Origin: Candidatus Peregrinibacteria bacterium CG_4_9_14_0_2_um_filter_41_14
GTDB taxonomy: Bacteria > Patescibacteriota > Gracilibacteria > UBA1369 > UM-FILTER-41-14
Assembly (NCBI GenBank): GCA_002788755.1
Contig: PFRW01000050.1
Location: forward strand, 1-52,070
Reading direction: 5' to 3'
DNA length: 52,070 nucleotides
A program made the position numbers and the translations under genes. Each line of letters opens with the position of its first letter. Position 1 is the first letter of the stretch. Shown piece by piece: positions 21,522 through 30,249 of the stretch. Below the pieces are notes generated by a model. The model worked only from the letters and a program-made list of their open reading frames with translations. It was not told the DNA's origin and did not search any database.

Positions 21522-22076
21522 TTATTTAATATACAGGACGGCACTATCGATTTTGTCACTTGGTTTAAGACCATCAATTTTGAAAGCGTGTGAAACAACT
21601 TTGCAACCGGGTCTTAGTTGTGGCCAAACAATTTTATAAAACTTTTGCATGGTATCTTTAAGGAGAAAGCAAAAAATGACGTCGGCATCTTTATAATCTT
21701 GGGTCCAAAAGTTTTTGTATTGAATTTTAGATCCAGGGGAAAATAGGGACTTTATTTTGGCTAAGACGTAAGTTGGAAAAGACAGTTCATACCCAACAGC
21801 ATTGGCGCCTTCTTTACTTGCGGCAAAAATGAGACGGCCGTCGCCACAGCCTAGGTCGTAGACTTTCTGACCTTTTGTAAGCTTAGCCAATGTCATCATT
21901 TTGCGTAAAACTTTTTTTGAAGTTGGGACAAAGGGGGCACCTGTTACCATGGCGTAAATACCGGGCAAGGAGATAATTAACATGCCGACAAAAATCCAAA
22001 TTGGCTCAATCTTAAGCAAATAAAGCAATGGTGAAAGGACAAGGACATAACCGGCAAGCAGAAAGGCTTCAAGCAT
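21522..22076 (-). CDS. class I SAM-dependent methyltransferase with N-terminal TM helices
   Basis: SAM motif I VYDLGCGDGRL, preceded by two hydrophobic helices. Confidence 0.7.
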   Translation of the reverse strand: MLEAFLLAGYVLVLSPLLYLLKIEPIWIFVGMLIISLPGIYAMVTGAPFVPTSKKVLRKMMTLAKLTKGQKVYDLGCGDGRLIFAASKEGANAVGYELSFPTYVLAKIKSLFSPGSKIQYKNFWTQDYKDADVIFCFLLKDTMQKFYKIVWPQLRPGCKVVSHAFKIDGLKPSDKIDSAVLYIK

Positions 22077-22713
22077 TGGTAATATTTAATAATTGTTCAA
22101 TCAAGTTTAGCTTGGTTTGCGTTGGTTTCCTATACATTTCTATTAATGCCAAAGCGATTTGACTGTAAATCCCCTCCCCTGCTTCTATTTTTTTAAAATG
22201 ATGCAAAAGTTGGGCTAGACCAAAATATTGCGGTCGATAACCAACATGCCTAAAATTGATCAAATAAATGCCATCACTGTTTTGAATAAGATGCTCCGGT
22301 AAAAATGCTGTATGGGTCCACAGCATTGCCGGCTGATTTGCCTTTTGGCTAAGATAACTACGAGCATCTTGAAGAATTGGTGAGGCTTCCGGTTCGTTGT
22401 ATTGGCTTAGCTGTTCTTTAAGCCAGCCCCATGCGGAGCGTTCTGCTATGGTTGACTGACATAATGGTTTGGGCATTTTCGAGACAAGCTTTTTGTAAGC
22501 GTAGATAATTGCGTTGAGGTCTTTTGGATGTTCGCCATTAATAAATTCTCTATTTAAAAAGTACTGCTGTTTGTGGACATCGTGGCCAAAACTATTAATG
22601 GCGGGAATCTTTAATGTGTTGCACGTAAATTGCAAATTAAATTGATGCAAAACTTTGTACTCGGGTACGTCTTGTTGCTCGGTCCACAATTTAGTATGTG
22701 TGTTGGATGCCAT
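22069..22713 (-). CDS. hypothetical protein, possibly a degenerate kinase-like fold
   Basis: HTAFLPEHLIQNSDGIYLINFRHVG resembles the APH/choline-kinase catalytic segment (HGD..N....IDFE), but the Asp residues are replaced. This call is weak. Confidence 0.35.
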   Translation of the reverse strand: MASNTHTKLWTEQQDVPEYKVLHQFNLQFTCNTLKIPAINSFGHDVHKQQYFLNREFINGEHPKDLNAIIYAYKKLVSKMPKPLCQSTIAERSAWGWLKEQLSQYNEPEASPILQDARSYLSQKANQPAMLWTHTAFLPEHLIQNSDGIYLINFRHVGYRPQYFGLAQLLHHFKKIEAGEGIYSQIALALIEMYRKPTQTKLNLIEQLLNITNA

Positions 22714-23242
22714 TTTCGGTAATTATGTATTCGACACTTTGGTCAAAAGTTTCTGTTGGTAGGGTTTCGCTTGTAATGCACTCACTATAGTTAACGCCGA
22801 TGGTAACGCCTTGAAACTCTTTTAGATAGCGATCGTAACAGCCTTTGCCGTAGCCAAGTCGATCTCCTTGTAAGTCAAAAACGATGGCCGGCACAATGAG
22901 GCAATCGGGTGTTTGGGGTTGTTTGTTAGTGATGATTGGCTCTGGGATACCAAATTGACCGTCTTTAAAATCCTTTAAATCTGATACCTGATAAAAACTA
23001 ATTGTGTTATCCGCAGTGGTAATCGGGAATAAAAATTGCTGTGGGTTTTGCTCGACAAGCGGTAGTAAGTTGACCTCGCTGCGGACCGGGTAGTAGATGC
23101 CGATGCTTGTAGACATTTGTGCCTCAATTAGATTAGCAAGGTGGACTCTGATGTATTTACTTTTTTGGGTGCGCTCGCTTTCGGAGATGGCTTCTCGCAT
23201 TAATAGAAACTGCTGCCGTAATTGGGCTTTAAAAGAATGCAA
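22691..23242 (-). CDS. 5-formyltetrahydrofolate cyclo-ligase
   Basis: The C-terminal GDRLGYGKGCYDRYL motif is typical of MTHFS, and the size fits (183 aa). Confidence 0.78.
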   Translation of the reverse strand: MHSFKAQLRQQFLLMREAISESERTQKSKYIRVHLANLIEAQMSTSIGIYYPVRSEVNLLPLVEQNPQQFLFPITTADNTISFYQVSDLKDFKDGQFGIPEPIITNKQPQTPDCLIVPAIVFDLQGDRLGYGKGCYDRYLKEFQGVTIGVNYSECITSETLPTETFDQSVEYIITENGIQHTY

Positions 23243-23882
23243 GAATAATGGGAATTAAAAAAATAGATAAGGCGCCAATGATAATCATTACAACCACATT
23301 AACTGGGTGTGGATCGGTACCAATTTCGGCATAACCGCGTGTAAAAAAGAAGGTTTGGCCAACAATAGATGAAGTAATTAACAATAGCCCCCACCACGGT
23401 GTATTAAGCGCGATAAGTGGTGCCAACATAAATAAAAAGGAAAAGAAGGTGATGGAAATTAAGCCTACCGAAAAAGTGTCGGGGCTTTCCGACTTAAACT
23501 TGGTAAAGAGCATGACATAAAATGCGATTGTGATCACGAAAAAACTGACCGTAAAAAACTCAGCCAACTGCGAGATACCGCCCTGCCCTAGTGCCACATT
23601 AATGCCAATGGGAATTAATGGCACAAACATAGTTTGGACAGCTCGCCACAAATTATGAGGAAAAGAGAAAATGGAAAAACAAGCAAAATAAAAAAATATA
23701 GCTACAAAAGCCCCGATTGCCGGCAAAATATACCACTTTGGATCTAAATTAAATCCTCCATTTGGATACGCCAAACGAAAAGTATAAATTGTTAGCGATG
23801 GCAATAAAGCCAAATACAAAAAATAGAGATTTTTTAAAACCATTAGGGTACGGTCGTGGATTTTGAGGTGGGCTATTTTCAT
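23229..23882 (-). CDS. polytopic membrane protein, unknown function
   Basis: 217 aa with about 6-7 hydrophobic helices. It is the first gene of a five-gene minus-strand operon whose genes overlap. Confidence 0.55.
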   Translation of the reverse strand: MKIAHLKIHDRTLMVLKNLYFLYLALLPSLTIYTFRLAYPNGGFNLDPKWYILPAIGAFVAIFFYFACFSIFSFPHNLWRAVQTMFVPLIPIGINVALGQGGISQLAEFFTVSFFVITIAFYVMLFTKFKSESPDTFSVGLISITFFSFLFMLAPLIALNTPWWGLLLITSSIVGQTFFFTRGYAEIGTDPHPVNVVVMIIIGALSIFLIPIILAFF

Positions 23883-23899
23883 GCTGCAATTTTATCCGA

Positions 23900-23988
23900 T
23901 GGTGGGCAAGAGAGGACTTGAACCTCCACGGCCATAGATGGCCACTAGCCCCTCAAGCTAGCGCGTCTACCAATTCCGCCACTTGCCC
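23900..23988 (-). tRNA. tRNA-Leu (anticodon GAG), long variable arm, CCA encoded
   Basis: The reverse complement is GGGCAAGTGGCGGAATTGGTAGACGCGCTAGCTTGAGGGGCTAGTGGCCATCTATGGCCGTGGAGGTTCAAGTCCTCTCTTGCCCACCA. The anticodon loop is TTGAGGG. Confidence 0.92.
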
Positions 23989-24120
23989 ATGTTTGTGCCT
24001 ATTATTTTTACTATAGTTTGGCTGCTTATACAAGTGTTTGCACTTGATCTTTTTACCCGACATTATTAGAATCTTTAATACAAAAAATTTACATAAATTT
24101 ATTTTGTTAATATTTACATT

Positions 24121-25335
24121 ATGAATACAAGAAAAAGTACAGTTGCGCTGACTTTGGTTGGGTCTTTGGTATTGGGATTTGCGGGCGGCTCCCTTGGGGC
24201 GGCTACGACCAATTTGTTTGGAAGTGACACGGACTTGGTGGGTGACAGTGGGCAGGTTCAACAAACACAAATTGTGGAAGAAGGGTCGCAAACAATAGAT
24301 GCGATTGAAAAAGTACAACCCGCAGTAGTCTCAATTGTGGCAACAAGAGATTTGCAAATTGTCAGACGCTCACCGTCATCGCTATTTAATCCGTTTATGC
24401 CGGTTCCACAAGAAGCGCCGCAAGTGGAAACACAACGCCAGCAAGTTAGTGGTGGATCCGGATTTATTGTTTCGGCAGATGGATTGGTCCTTACCAATAA
24501 ACATGTAGTAAGGGACGAGGATGCTGATTACTCAGTTGTACTTAATAATGGTGAGGAATATACGGCCGAGGTAGTCAGTAGAGATCCGGCAAATGACTTA
24601 GCTGTAATTCAAATACTGGAAGGTGAAGATAAGAGTAAGCCAAAAGATTTGCCGATTGTGGAATTTGGCGAAAGTGACAATTTAAAAATTGGCCAAAAAG
24701 TAATTGCGATTGGCAATGCCCTTGGTGAATTTCAAAATACGGTAACATCTGGAATTGTGAGTGCGATTAGCCGACAAATTGAAGCATCGGATTCTATGGG
24801 TGGAAATAGGGATGTCTTAACAAACTTATTGCAAACTGATGCAGCCATTAATGCCGGTAATAGTGGTGGTCCGTTAATTAATTTATCTGGACAGGTTGTA
24901 GGCGTAAATACGGCAATTGCGTCTGGCGCAAATGGTATTGGTTTTGCCATTCCGATTGACGATGTAAAGCCGGTAGTAAGCAGCGTTAAAGAGTTTGGGG
25001 AAATTGTGCGACCTCAGTTAGGTGTAAGATATGTGCTGTTATCTAAGACCAATGCTGAAAATTTTGAAATAGATGTGGACCACGGTGCCTACCTAGCGGG
25101 TAATGACTCCGAGGCTCTACCGGCAGTATTAAAAGACTCGCCGGCGGACAAGGCGGGACTACAGGCAAAAGATGTGATTTTAGAAGTGGACGGCAAAGAG
25201 ATTAATGAAACTTTTGGCTTACAAGAAGCAATTAGAAACAAAAAGCCAGATGACAAGGTTAACCTTACAATTTGGCGTGATGGCAAGAGTATAGAAAAGA
25301 CTGTAACCCTAGAAGCTTTTGAACCACAAAAATAG
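24121..25335 (+). CDS. htrA: HtrA/DegP-family serine protease with PDZ domain
   Basis: Catalytic triad contexts TNKHVV, NDLAVIQ and GNSGGPLINLSGQVVGVNTA, plus a C-terminal PDZ (SPADKAGLQAKDVILEVDG). Confidence 0.9.
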   Translation: MNTRKSTVALTLVGSLVLGFAGGSLGAATTNLFGSDTDLVGDSGQVQQTQIVEEGSQTIDAIEKVQPAVVSIVATRDLQIVRRSPSSLFNPFMPVPQEAPQVETQRQQVSGGSGFIVSADGLVLTNKHVVRDEDADYSVVLNNGEEYTAEVVSRDPANDLAVIQILEGEDKSKPKDLPIVEFGESDNLKIGQKVIAIGNALGEFQNTVTSGIVSAISRQIEASDSMGGNRDVLTNLLQTDAAINAGNSGGPLINLSGQVVGVNTAIASGANGIGFAIPIDDVKPVVSSVKEFGEIVRPQLGVRYVLLSKTNAENFEIDVDHGAYLAGNDSEALPAVLKDSPADKAGLQAKDVILEVDGKEINETFGLQEAIRNKKPDDKVNLTIWRDGKSIEKTVTLEAFEPQK

Positions 25336-25954
25336 TAATGTTCAGCAAATCGCGATTAATGGTTATGATCGAAACTTTTCATATTTTGTAAATGACGAGT
25401 CAACAAAAGACATTGCCATTGTTGATCCGGGGGACATTAGTTTATTGGAACAAATTATTGATGAGGGGAACTGGCGACCAAAAATGATTTTACTAACCCA
25501 TAGTCATCATGACCATGTGGAGGCGGTCGCTCCCCTTGTTGCTCATTACGATATTCCTGTTTACTTGCACGAAAATGCCATGGACAGAGTTGACGTCCCC
25601 TCACACTTGATACGCCTAATTAATGATGGGACAAAAATTGCATTAGGTAATTTGAAAATAGAAGTTTTGTATACACCGGGGCATATTGATGATGCGGTCT
25701 GTTTCTATATATCGGCAGAGCAAGCTTTGGACGGTACACCAAAACTGCTAACTGGTGATACCCTATTTGTTGAAGGGTGTGGACGTTCTGATTTTCCCCT
25801 TAGCAACCCAACAGATTTAAAGGCAAGTCTAAGGCGTATTAGCCAACTACCAAATAACACCGAGGTTTTTCCCGGACACGATTATGGTAGCAAACCTATT
25901 TCTACGATTGAATGGGAAAAAGTACAGAATCGGCATATGCAAATTTATAGATAA
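25319..25954 (+). CDS. MBL-fold metallo-hydrolase (glyoxalase II-like)
   Basis: HSHHDH zinc motif, YTPGH and GD..F. It has a TTG start that overlaps the end of htrA. Confidence 0.8.
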   Translation: MNHKNSNVQQIAINGYDRNFSYFVNDESTKDIAIVDPGDISLLEQIIDEGNWRPKMILLTHSHHDHVEAVAPLVAHYDIPVYLHENAMDRVDVPSHLIRLINDGTKIALGNLKIEVLYTPGHIDDAVCFYISAEQALDGTPKLLTGDTLFVEGCGRSDFPLSNPTDLKASLRRISQLPNNTEVFPGHDYGSKPISTIEWEKVQNRHMQIYR

Positions 25955-26026
25955 CTTATTCCAGTTCATGTATTGACAAAATAGACATAAGTTATTATAA
26001 TTTCTGCCTGATTTTAAATATGCCTT

Positions 26027-28927
26027 ATGGAACATAATAATCTTGGTACCGAGAGTTTACCTACTAATAAAGTACCCGTAAATAATACATTACACGTACC
26101 TGTTGAAAATCCAGGTAAGCACCTTGTAAAACTTGGTGAATGCAATTTCGCAGTGCAAATTACGGATAAAGGTAATGTAATAATTTTAAGTGATAGGACA
26201 GATCATGCTGTTGCAGTTAATAAGAAGAACTTTGAAATTGCAAAAGTACAATTTAACGAAGACGGTGAAGTTACACTTGTGGATAATGCTCAAGTACTTA
26301 ATGGTAACTTAGTAGATGTTGATGAAGATGCTGGAAAGATTGAGTTTGACTTTGGATATAAACGCGGCCGTTACAGCTTAATAGCAGTTTATAAGGAAGA
26401 TAAAAAAGGATCTGAAGTAGTTGTTGAATCGATTAATGAGGAAATACAAAAAGTTGTGGCAAAGACTGAAAAAGTTTCAGAACTGTTGCAATCTGGCGAT
26501 AGTCAATACGGTATCGATATTAGAAATGGCGTTTTACGAGAATGCTTATCGATTCATACTGATAACTATGGTGCGTATTTAACCAACGTTTCGGATACGC
26601 CAGGTCAAACAACTTATATGCTAGAAGTACTTCGCCCTTTAACAAGTGAAGAGGCTACAGCTGAAACAGCAACGCCACGCGAAGACCGTAGGATTACCGG
26701 TCCGATTACAATAACTGTAACTGATTCTGTTTCTGAAGGCATTAAATTGATCACAGCAGATTCACTAAAACAGGGTAAGCACCAACAAGTCATGATCTCT
26801 AATCATGGCAAGAAAATTGAATTAAATGGAGAAATCACTAATGATGCAATGGATTTCACTATTAGTGTTGCGGTAGATGGTACAATAAATATTGTATCAA
26901 ATACAGAATTACGCACCTTTCATCATGCAAAATCTGCAATGGAATCTACAGTGTTACGAGGAGAGAAGGAAAATGATACGCAATCAATTATTCAGCCGCC
27001 AACTGAACCTCCAACTCAACCACAAATTATGCATACTATTGATAAATCCCATGTAGTTGGTGAATCGCGCGAATTAACGCAAATTGGCGAAACAATTAAT
27101 GTGGTATTGCAAAACGGTGTGGAAATGTTAGTGACGATTGGTGATGACGATTACCATGTTATCCAAGAAGAAGGTGCAGACAGGCTAACGGTTACTGATT
27201 TGCAAAATAATCAGCTGACACAATTAAGCCCATCTACCGACTTCCGTGTTGGTACGACGTTAAGCTCTAATAATGGTGACGCAAAGGTTGAGCTAAAAGT
27301 TCGTACAAATGATAATGGTTTGCCCGTTGTTAGTATTACTAAACTTGCCGGTATTGTAAGTTATTTGGTTGCAGATAATAGTCCTCAGCCACAAACTGTT
27401 GATATACCTACGCCACCAGAGCCAACATTAGATGAATTACAACCAGAACGTGTAAGTGTTGATCTAAAGGCAAATCAAGCGCAAATAGGAATTGATCTTA
27501 GTTATGGGATACAAACTTTGTATTTGGGAAGCCAAAACCATATTATTTACTTAAGACGTATTACTGACGATAGATATAGTATTCAAATTCGCGATGAATC
27601 AGATGCCACCAAAAAACATACTTACTACGTTGCCGAGATTACTGTTTCACGAGATAGAAATGGCAAACCAATACTATGCAACTTGGGAGATAGTACGGAG
27701 GCTCTATTTGTAAATGTTAATACAATCGATATTAAATTTCATGACTTAGATTTTTCTTTATGCCTAGCAGATGATGGTACTTGGGAAATTGAAGCTAATT
27801 GTGACTTAAAAACAATATATTATTTTGCCCCAAATACACCAAAATCAGAAGTTTGTGACTTAAGAACACCAAACGACCTTGACGCCAAATTAGCAGATGG
27901 TGAACCCGTATCAGACTATAATCCTAGCTCATATTTACCACGTGGCGATCAAAAAGATCCATTGGTTAGAGATAAAACATACCGTGAATTAACTATGGGG
28001 AATAATACTGATGAGACAGCAAAAACAAGAATGGAGGCGGCATATCAATCAATAAAATTGCATTTGACTAGACTAAACGTGGAGAGCCCTTCTGAAGACG
28101 ACGTATTAGGTTGGGGACGTATACTTGCCGACATTGATAAAAATGACAATGCAAGTAAAGTTAATTATTTGGCAGATGTTCTTGGTCTCAATAATCGCAA
28201 GAAATCATTAATTAATGAGCTTAATATAATTAGTAGTAACGTCTCAATATATTACCAAGCACATCAAAATAATATCAAGCATGCAAAAGGTCAAATTGCT
28301 GCATCGGAAGAGATTGTGGCACGATGGGAACATCAGGTGAGTTATTTATTTAAGATACTTGGAGCAACACAAATTGTGGAACCTACTGAACTGGTAAAAT
28401 TTGCAGAATTTGTAGCGGACAAGGCAAAAAGCCAAACCGAAGTTGAGTTGCATGAGACAATTAAAAATCATCTTGGTATAAAGGAACCAAAAATGAATAC
28501 ACTTGCAAAAATGTGGCGCTCTCTTTTCCCAAGTAAGGCCAAGCAAGCTGAAGCAAATAACATAAAATTATTGCAGCATAAGTTAAACAGCATTTTGCAA
28601 ATGACGTCTCAACTAGAAAAAAATAGAGATTATATTAGAAAGACAGAACTAAACTCAATTAAGCCAGTATTTGAATTTATGGGAAAGGTATCTAGTACTA
28701 ACTTTGATAAAGTTATTAAAATGGCTAATGAAAACTATGGGTTTGCCGTTTTAAATAAAAAATTTGGTGATCCAAGTGATCCAACGTATGCAAAAATAGC
28801 TAATGATTTACGTACGATGGAAATGGGCTTTCCCGACGAATTTCCAGCGACTACCAGAGATGGTATCGATGTCAAAATTGTATATTCTAAATTTGAAACG
28901 CCAATACTGGTAGTCGAAGATTTTTAA
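26027..28927 (+). CDS. large hypothetical protein (966 aa), no signal peptide or TM helix
   Basis: Uninterrupted ATG-initiated ORF that is visibly more AT-rich than its neighbours. The N-terminal ~620 aa look like reiterated beta-rich modules separated by P/Q/T linkers. The C-terminal ~300 aa are helical and Lys-rich. Confidence 0.7.
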   Translation: MEHNNLGTESLPTNKVPVNNTLHVPVENPGKHLVKLGECNFAVQITDKGNVIILSDRTDHAVAVNKKNFEIAKVQFNEDGEVTLVDNAQVLNGNLVDVDEDAGKIEFDFGYKRGRYSLIAVYKEDKKGSEVVVESINEEIQKVVAKTEKVSELLQSGDSQYGIDIRNGVLRECLSIHTDNYGAYLTNVSDTPGQTTYMLEVLRPLTSEEATAETATPREDRRITGPITITVTDSVSEGIKLITADSLKQGKHQQVMISNHGKKIELNGEITNDAMDFTISVAVDGTINIVSNTELRTFHHAKSAMESTVLRGEKENDTQSIIQPPTEPPTQPQIMHTIDKSHVVGESRELTQIGETINVVLQNGVEMLVTIGDDDYHVIQEEGADRLTVTDLQNNQLTQLSPSTDFRVGTTLSSNNGDAKVELKVRTNDNGLPVVSITKLAGIVSYLVADNSPQPQTVDIPTPPEPTLDELQPERVSVDLKANQAQIGIDLSYGIQTLYLGSQNHIIYLRRITDDRYSIQIRDESDATKKHTYYVAEITVSRDRNGKPILCNLGDSTEALFVNVNTIDIKFHDLDFSLCLADDGTWEIEANCDLKTIYYFAPNTPKSEVCDLRTPNDLDAKLADGEPVSDYNPSSYLPRGDQKDPLVRDKTYRELTMGNNTDETAKTRMEAAYQSIKLHLTRLNVESPSEDDVLGWGRILADIDKNDNASKVNYLADVLGLNNRKKSLINELNIISSNVSIYYQAHQNNIKHAKGQIAASEEIVARWEHQVSYLFKILGATQIVEPTELVKFAEFVADKAKSQTEVELHETIKNHLGIKEPKMNTLAKMWRSLFPSKAKQAEANNIKLLQHKLNSILQMTSQLEKNRDYIRKTELNSIKPVFEFMGKVSSTNFDKVIKMANENYGFAVLNKKFGDPSDPTYAKIANDLRTMEMGFPDEFPATTRDGIDVKIVYSKFETPILVVEDF

Positions 28928-30177
28928 ACTGTGCCGGCCACAGGGAATTGTTCACACACTTCCCTAACCTGTGCTTTAATATTTTCTAACTCGGTTGGAT
29001 TGTCGGCATTAGATAATGCGCCGTCGATCCACTGGGCTAGTTTTTTAATTTCTGCTTCTTTAAAACCGCGGGTGGTAATGGCTGGTGTACCTAGGCGAAC
29101 ACCGGATGGGTCAAATGGGCTGCGCTCGTCAAAGGGGACCATGTTTTTGTTACAGGAAACGCCAATTTGTTCGAGAGCGTGTTCGGCTTCTTGGCCGCTA
29201 AGACCTTTGGATTTGATGGTGTCTAACAACATTAAGTGGTTATCGGTGCCGCCGGTAATAATGACGTGGCCCATATCTACTAGAGATTGAGCAAGGGTTT
29301 GTGCGTTAACAATAACTTGTTTGGCGTAATCTTGAAATTCCGGTTGAAGGGCTTCTTTAAAGGCTACGGCTTTGGCAGCGTTAATGTGGTCGTGGGGGCC
29401 GCCTTGCATGCCGGGGAATACGGCTTTGTCGATTTCTTTGGCGAAGGGTTCTTTACAGAGGATGAGTGCTCCACGAGGCCCGCGCAGGGTTTTATGGGTG
29501 GTTGTGGAAACGACGTCAAATAGTGGGGTTGGATTTTCCAGTTGTTTACCGGCAATTAAACCGGCAATGTGAGCGATATCGGCAAAAGTAATGGCGCCAA
29601 CTTCGTCGGCGATCTCTTTAAATTTGGCCCAGTCTAAATCGCGTGAATAAGCACTAAAGCCAGCAACAATTACTTTTGGCTTGTGTTCGTGAGCGAGGCG
29701 GCGAACTTCATCCATGTCGATTAAATGGGTTTCGGGATCAACTCCATACTGAACAAAGTTGTACAGTTTGCCGGAAAAGTTGACGGGATGGCCGTGGCTT
29801 AAGTGACCACCGTGAGCAAGGCTCATACCTAAAATTGTGTCACCCGGTTGAGCTATGGCAAAATAAACGGCAGCGTTAGCCGGAGAACCGGATAAAGCTT
29901 GTACATTGGCATGCTCGGCACCAAACAACGCTTTGGCACGATCTATGGCTAAGCCTTCGATTGTATCAACATTTTCTTGGCCGGCATAATAGCGTTTGCC
30001 AATGTAACCTTCGGAATATTTATTGGTAAAAACAGATGCCATGGTTTCCAGTACCGGTAACGACACGTGATTTTCGGAAGCAATTAGCTCTAATTCATAT
30101 AGTTGTCTTCGCTCTTCGGCCCGGATTGCGTCGTAAACTTGCTGATCTTGTTGCTTAAGCTCAGTGTAGGGAAACAT
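28924..30177 (-). CDS. glyA: serine hydroxymethyltransferase
   Basis: PLP-lysine motif VVSTTTHKTLRGPRG. Full length, 417 aa. Confidence 0.97.
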   Translation of the reverse strand: MFPYTELKQQDQQVYDAIRAEERRQLYELELIASENHVSLPVLETMASVFTNKYSEGYIGKRYYAGQENVDTIEGLAIDRAKALFGAEHANVQALSGSPANAAVYFAIAQPGDTILGMSLAHGGHLSHGHPVNFSGKLYNFVQYGVDPETHLIDMDEVRRLAHEHKPKVIVAGFSAYSRDLDWAKFKEIADEVGAITFADIAHIAGLIAGKQLENPTPLFDVVSTTTHKTLRGPRGALILCKEPFAKEIDKAVFPGMQGGPHDHINAAKAVAFKEALQPEFQDYAKQVIVNAQTLAQSLVDMGHVIITGGTDNHLMLLDTIKSKGLSGQEAEHALEQIGVSCNKNMVPFDERSPFDPSGVRLGTPAITTRGFKEAEIKKLAQWIDGALSNADNPTELENIKAQVREVCEQFPVAGTV

Positions 30178-30209
30178 AACAGAGATGTATTAAAAATTAG
30201 GGCAGCTAA

Positions 30210-30238
30210 AAAATAGAGGATCCGACTCTAACTGTCAA
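30210..30238 (-). promoter_or_regulatory. sigma70-type promoter for glyA
   Basis: Minus strand reads TTGACA (30238-30233), a 17-nt spacer, then TATTTT (30215-30210). Confidence 0.55.
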
Positions 30239-30249
30239 ACTTGGTTTAC

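Noticed and set aside
20548-23988. tRNA-flanked segment considered as an integrated genomic island
   Set aside because: I saw no integrase or recombinase and no duplicated tRNA 3' fragment. The genes overlap tightly, as in native operons.
23953-24318. 121-aa minus-strand ORF
   Set aside because: It overlaps the tRNA-Leu gene and the 5' end of htrA, so it is not a plausible gene.
30178-30249. Search for ZTP or THF riboswitches upstream of glyA, and upstream of folD at 37011-37104
   Set aside because: The leaders are only about 70-90 nt and are largely taken up by promoter elements. I did not see the conserved ZTP or THF motif sequences.
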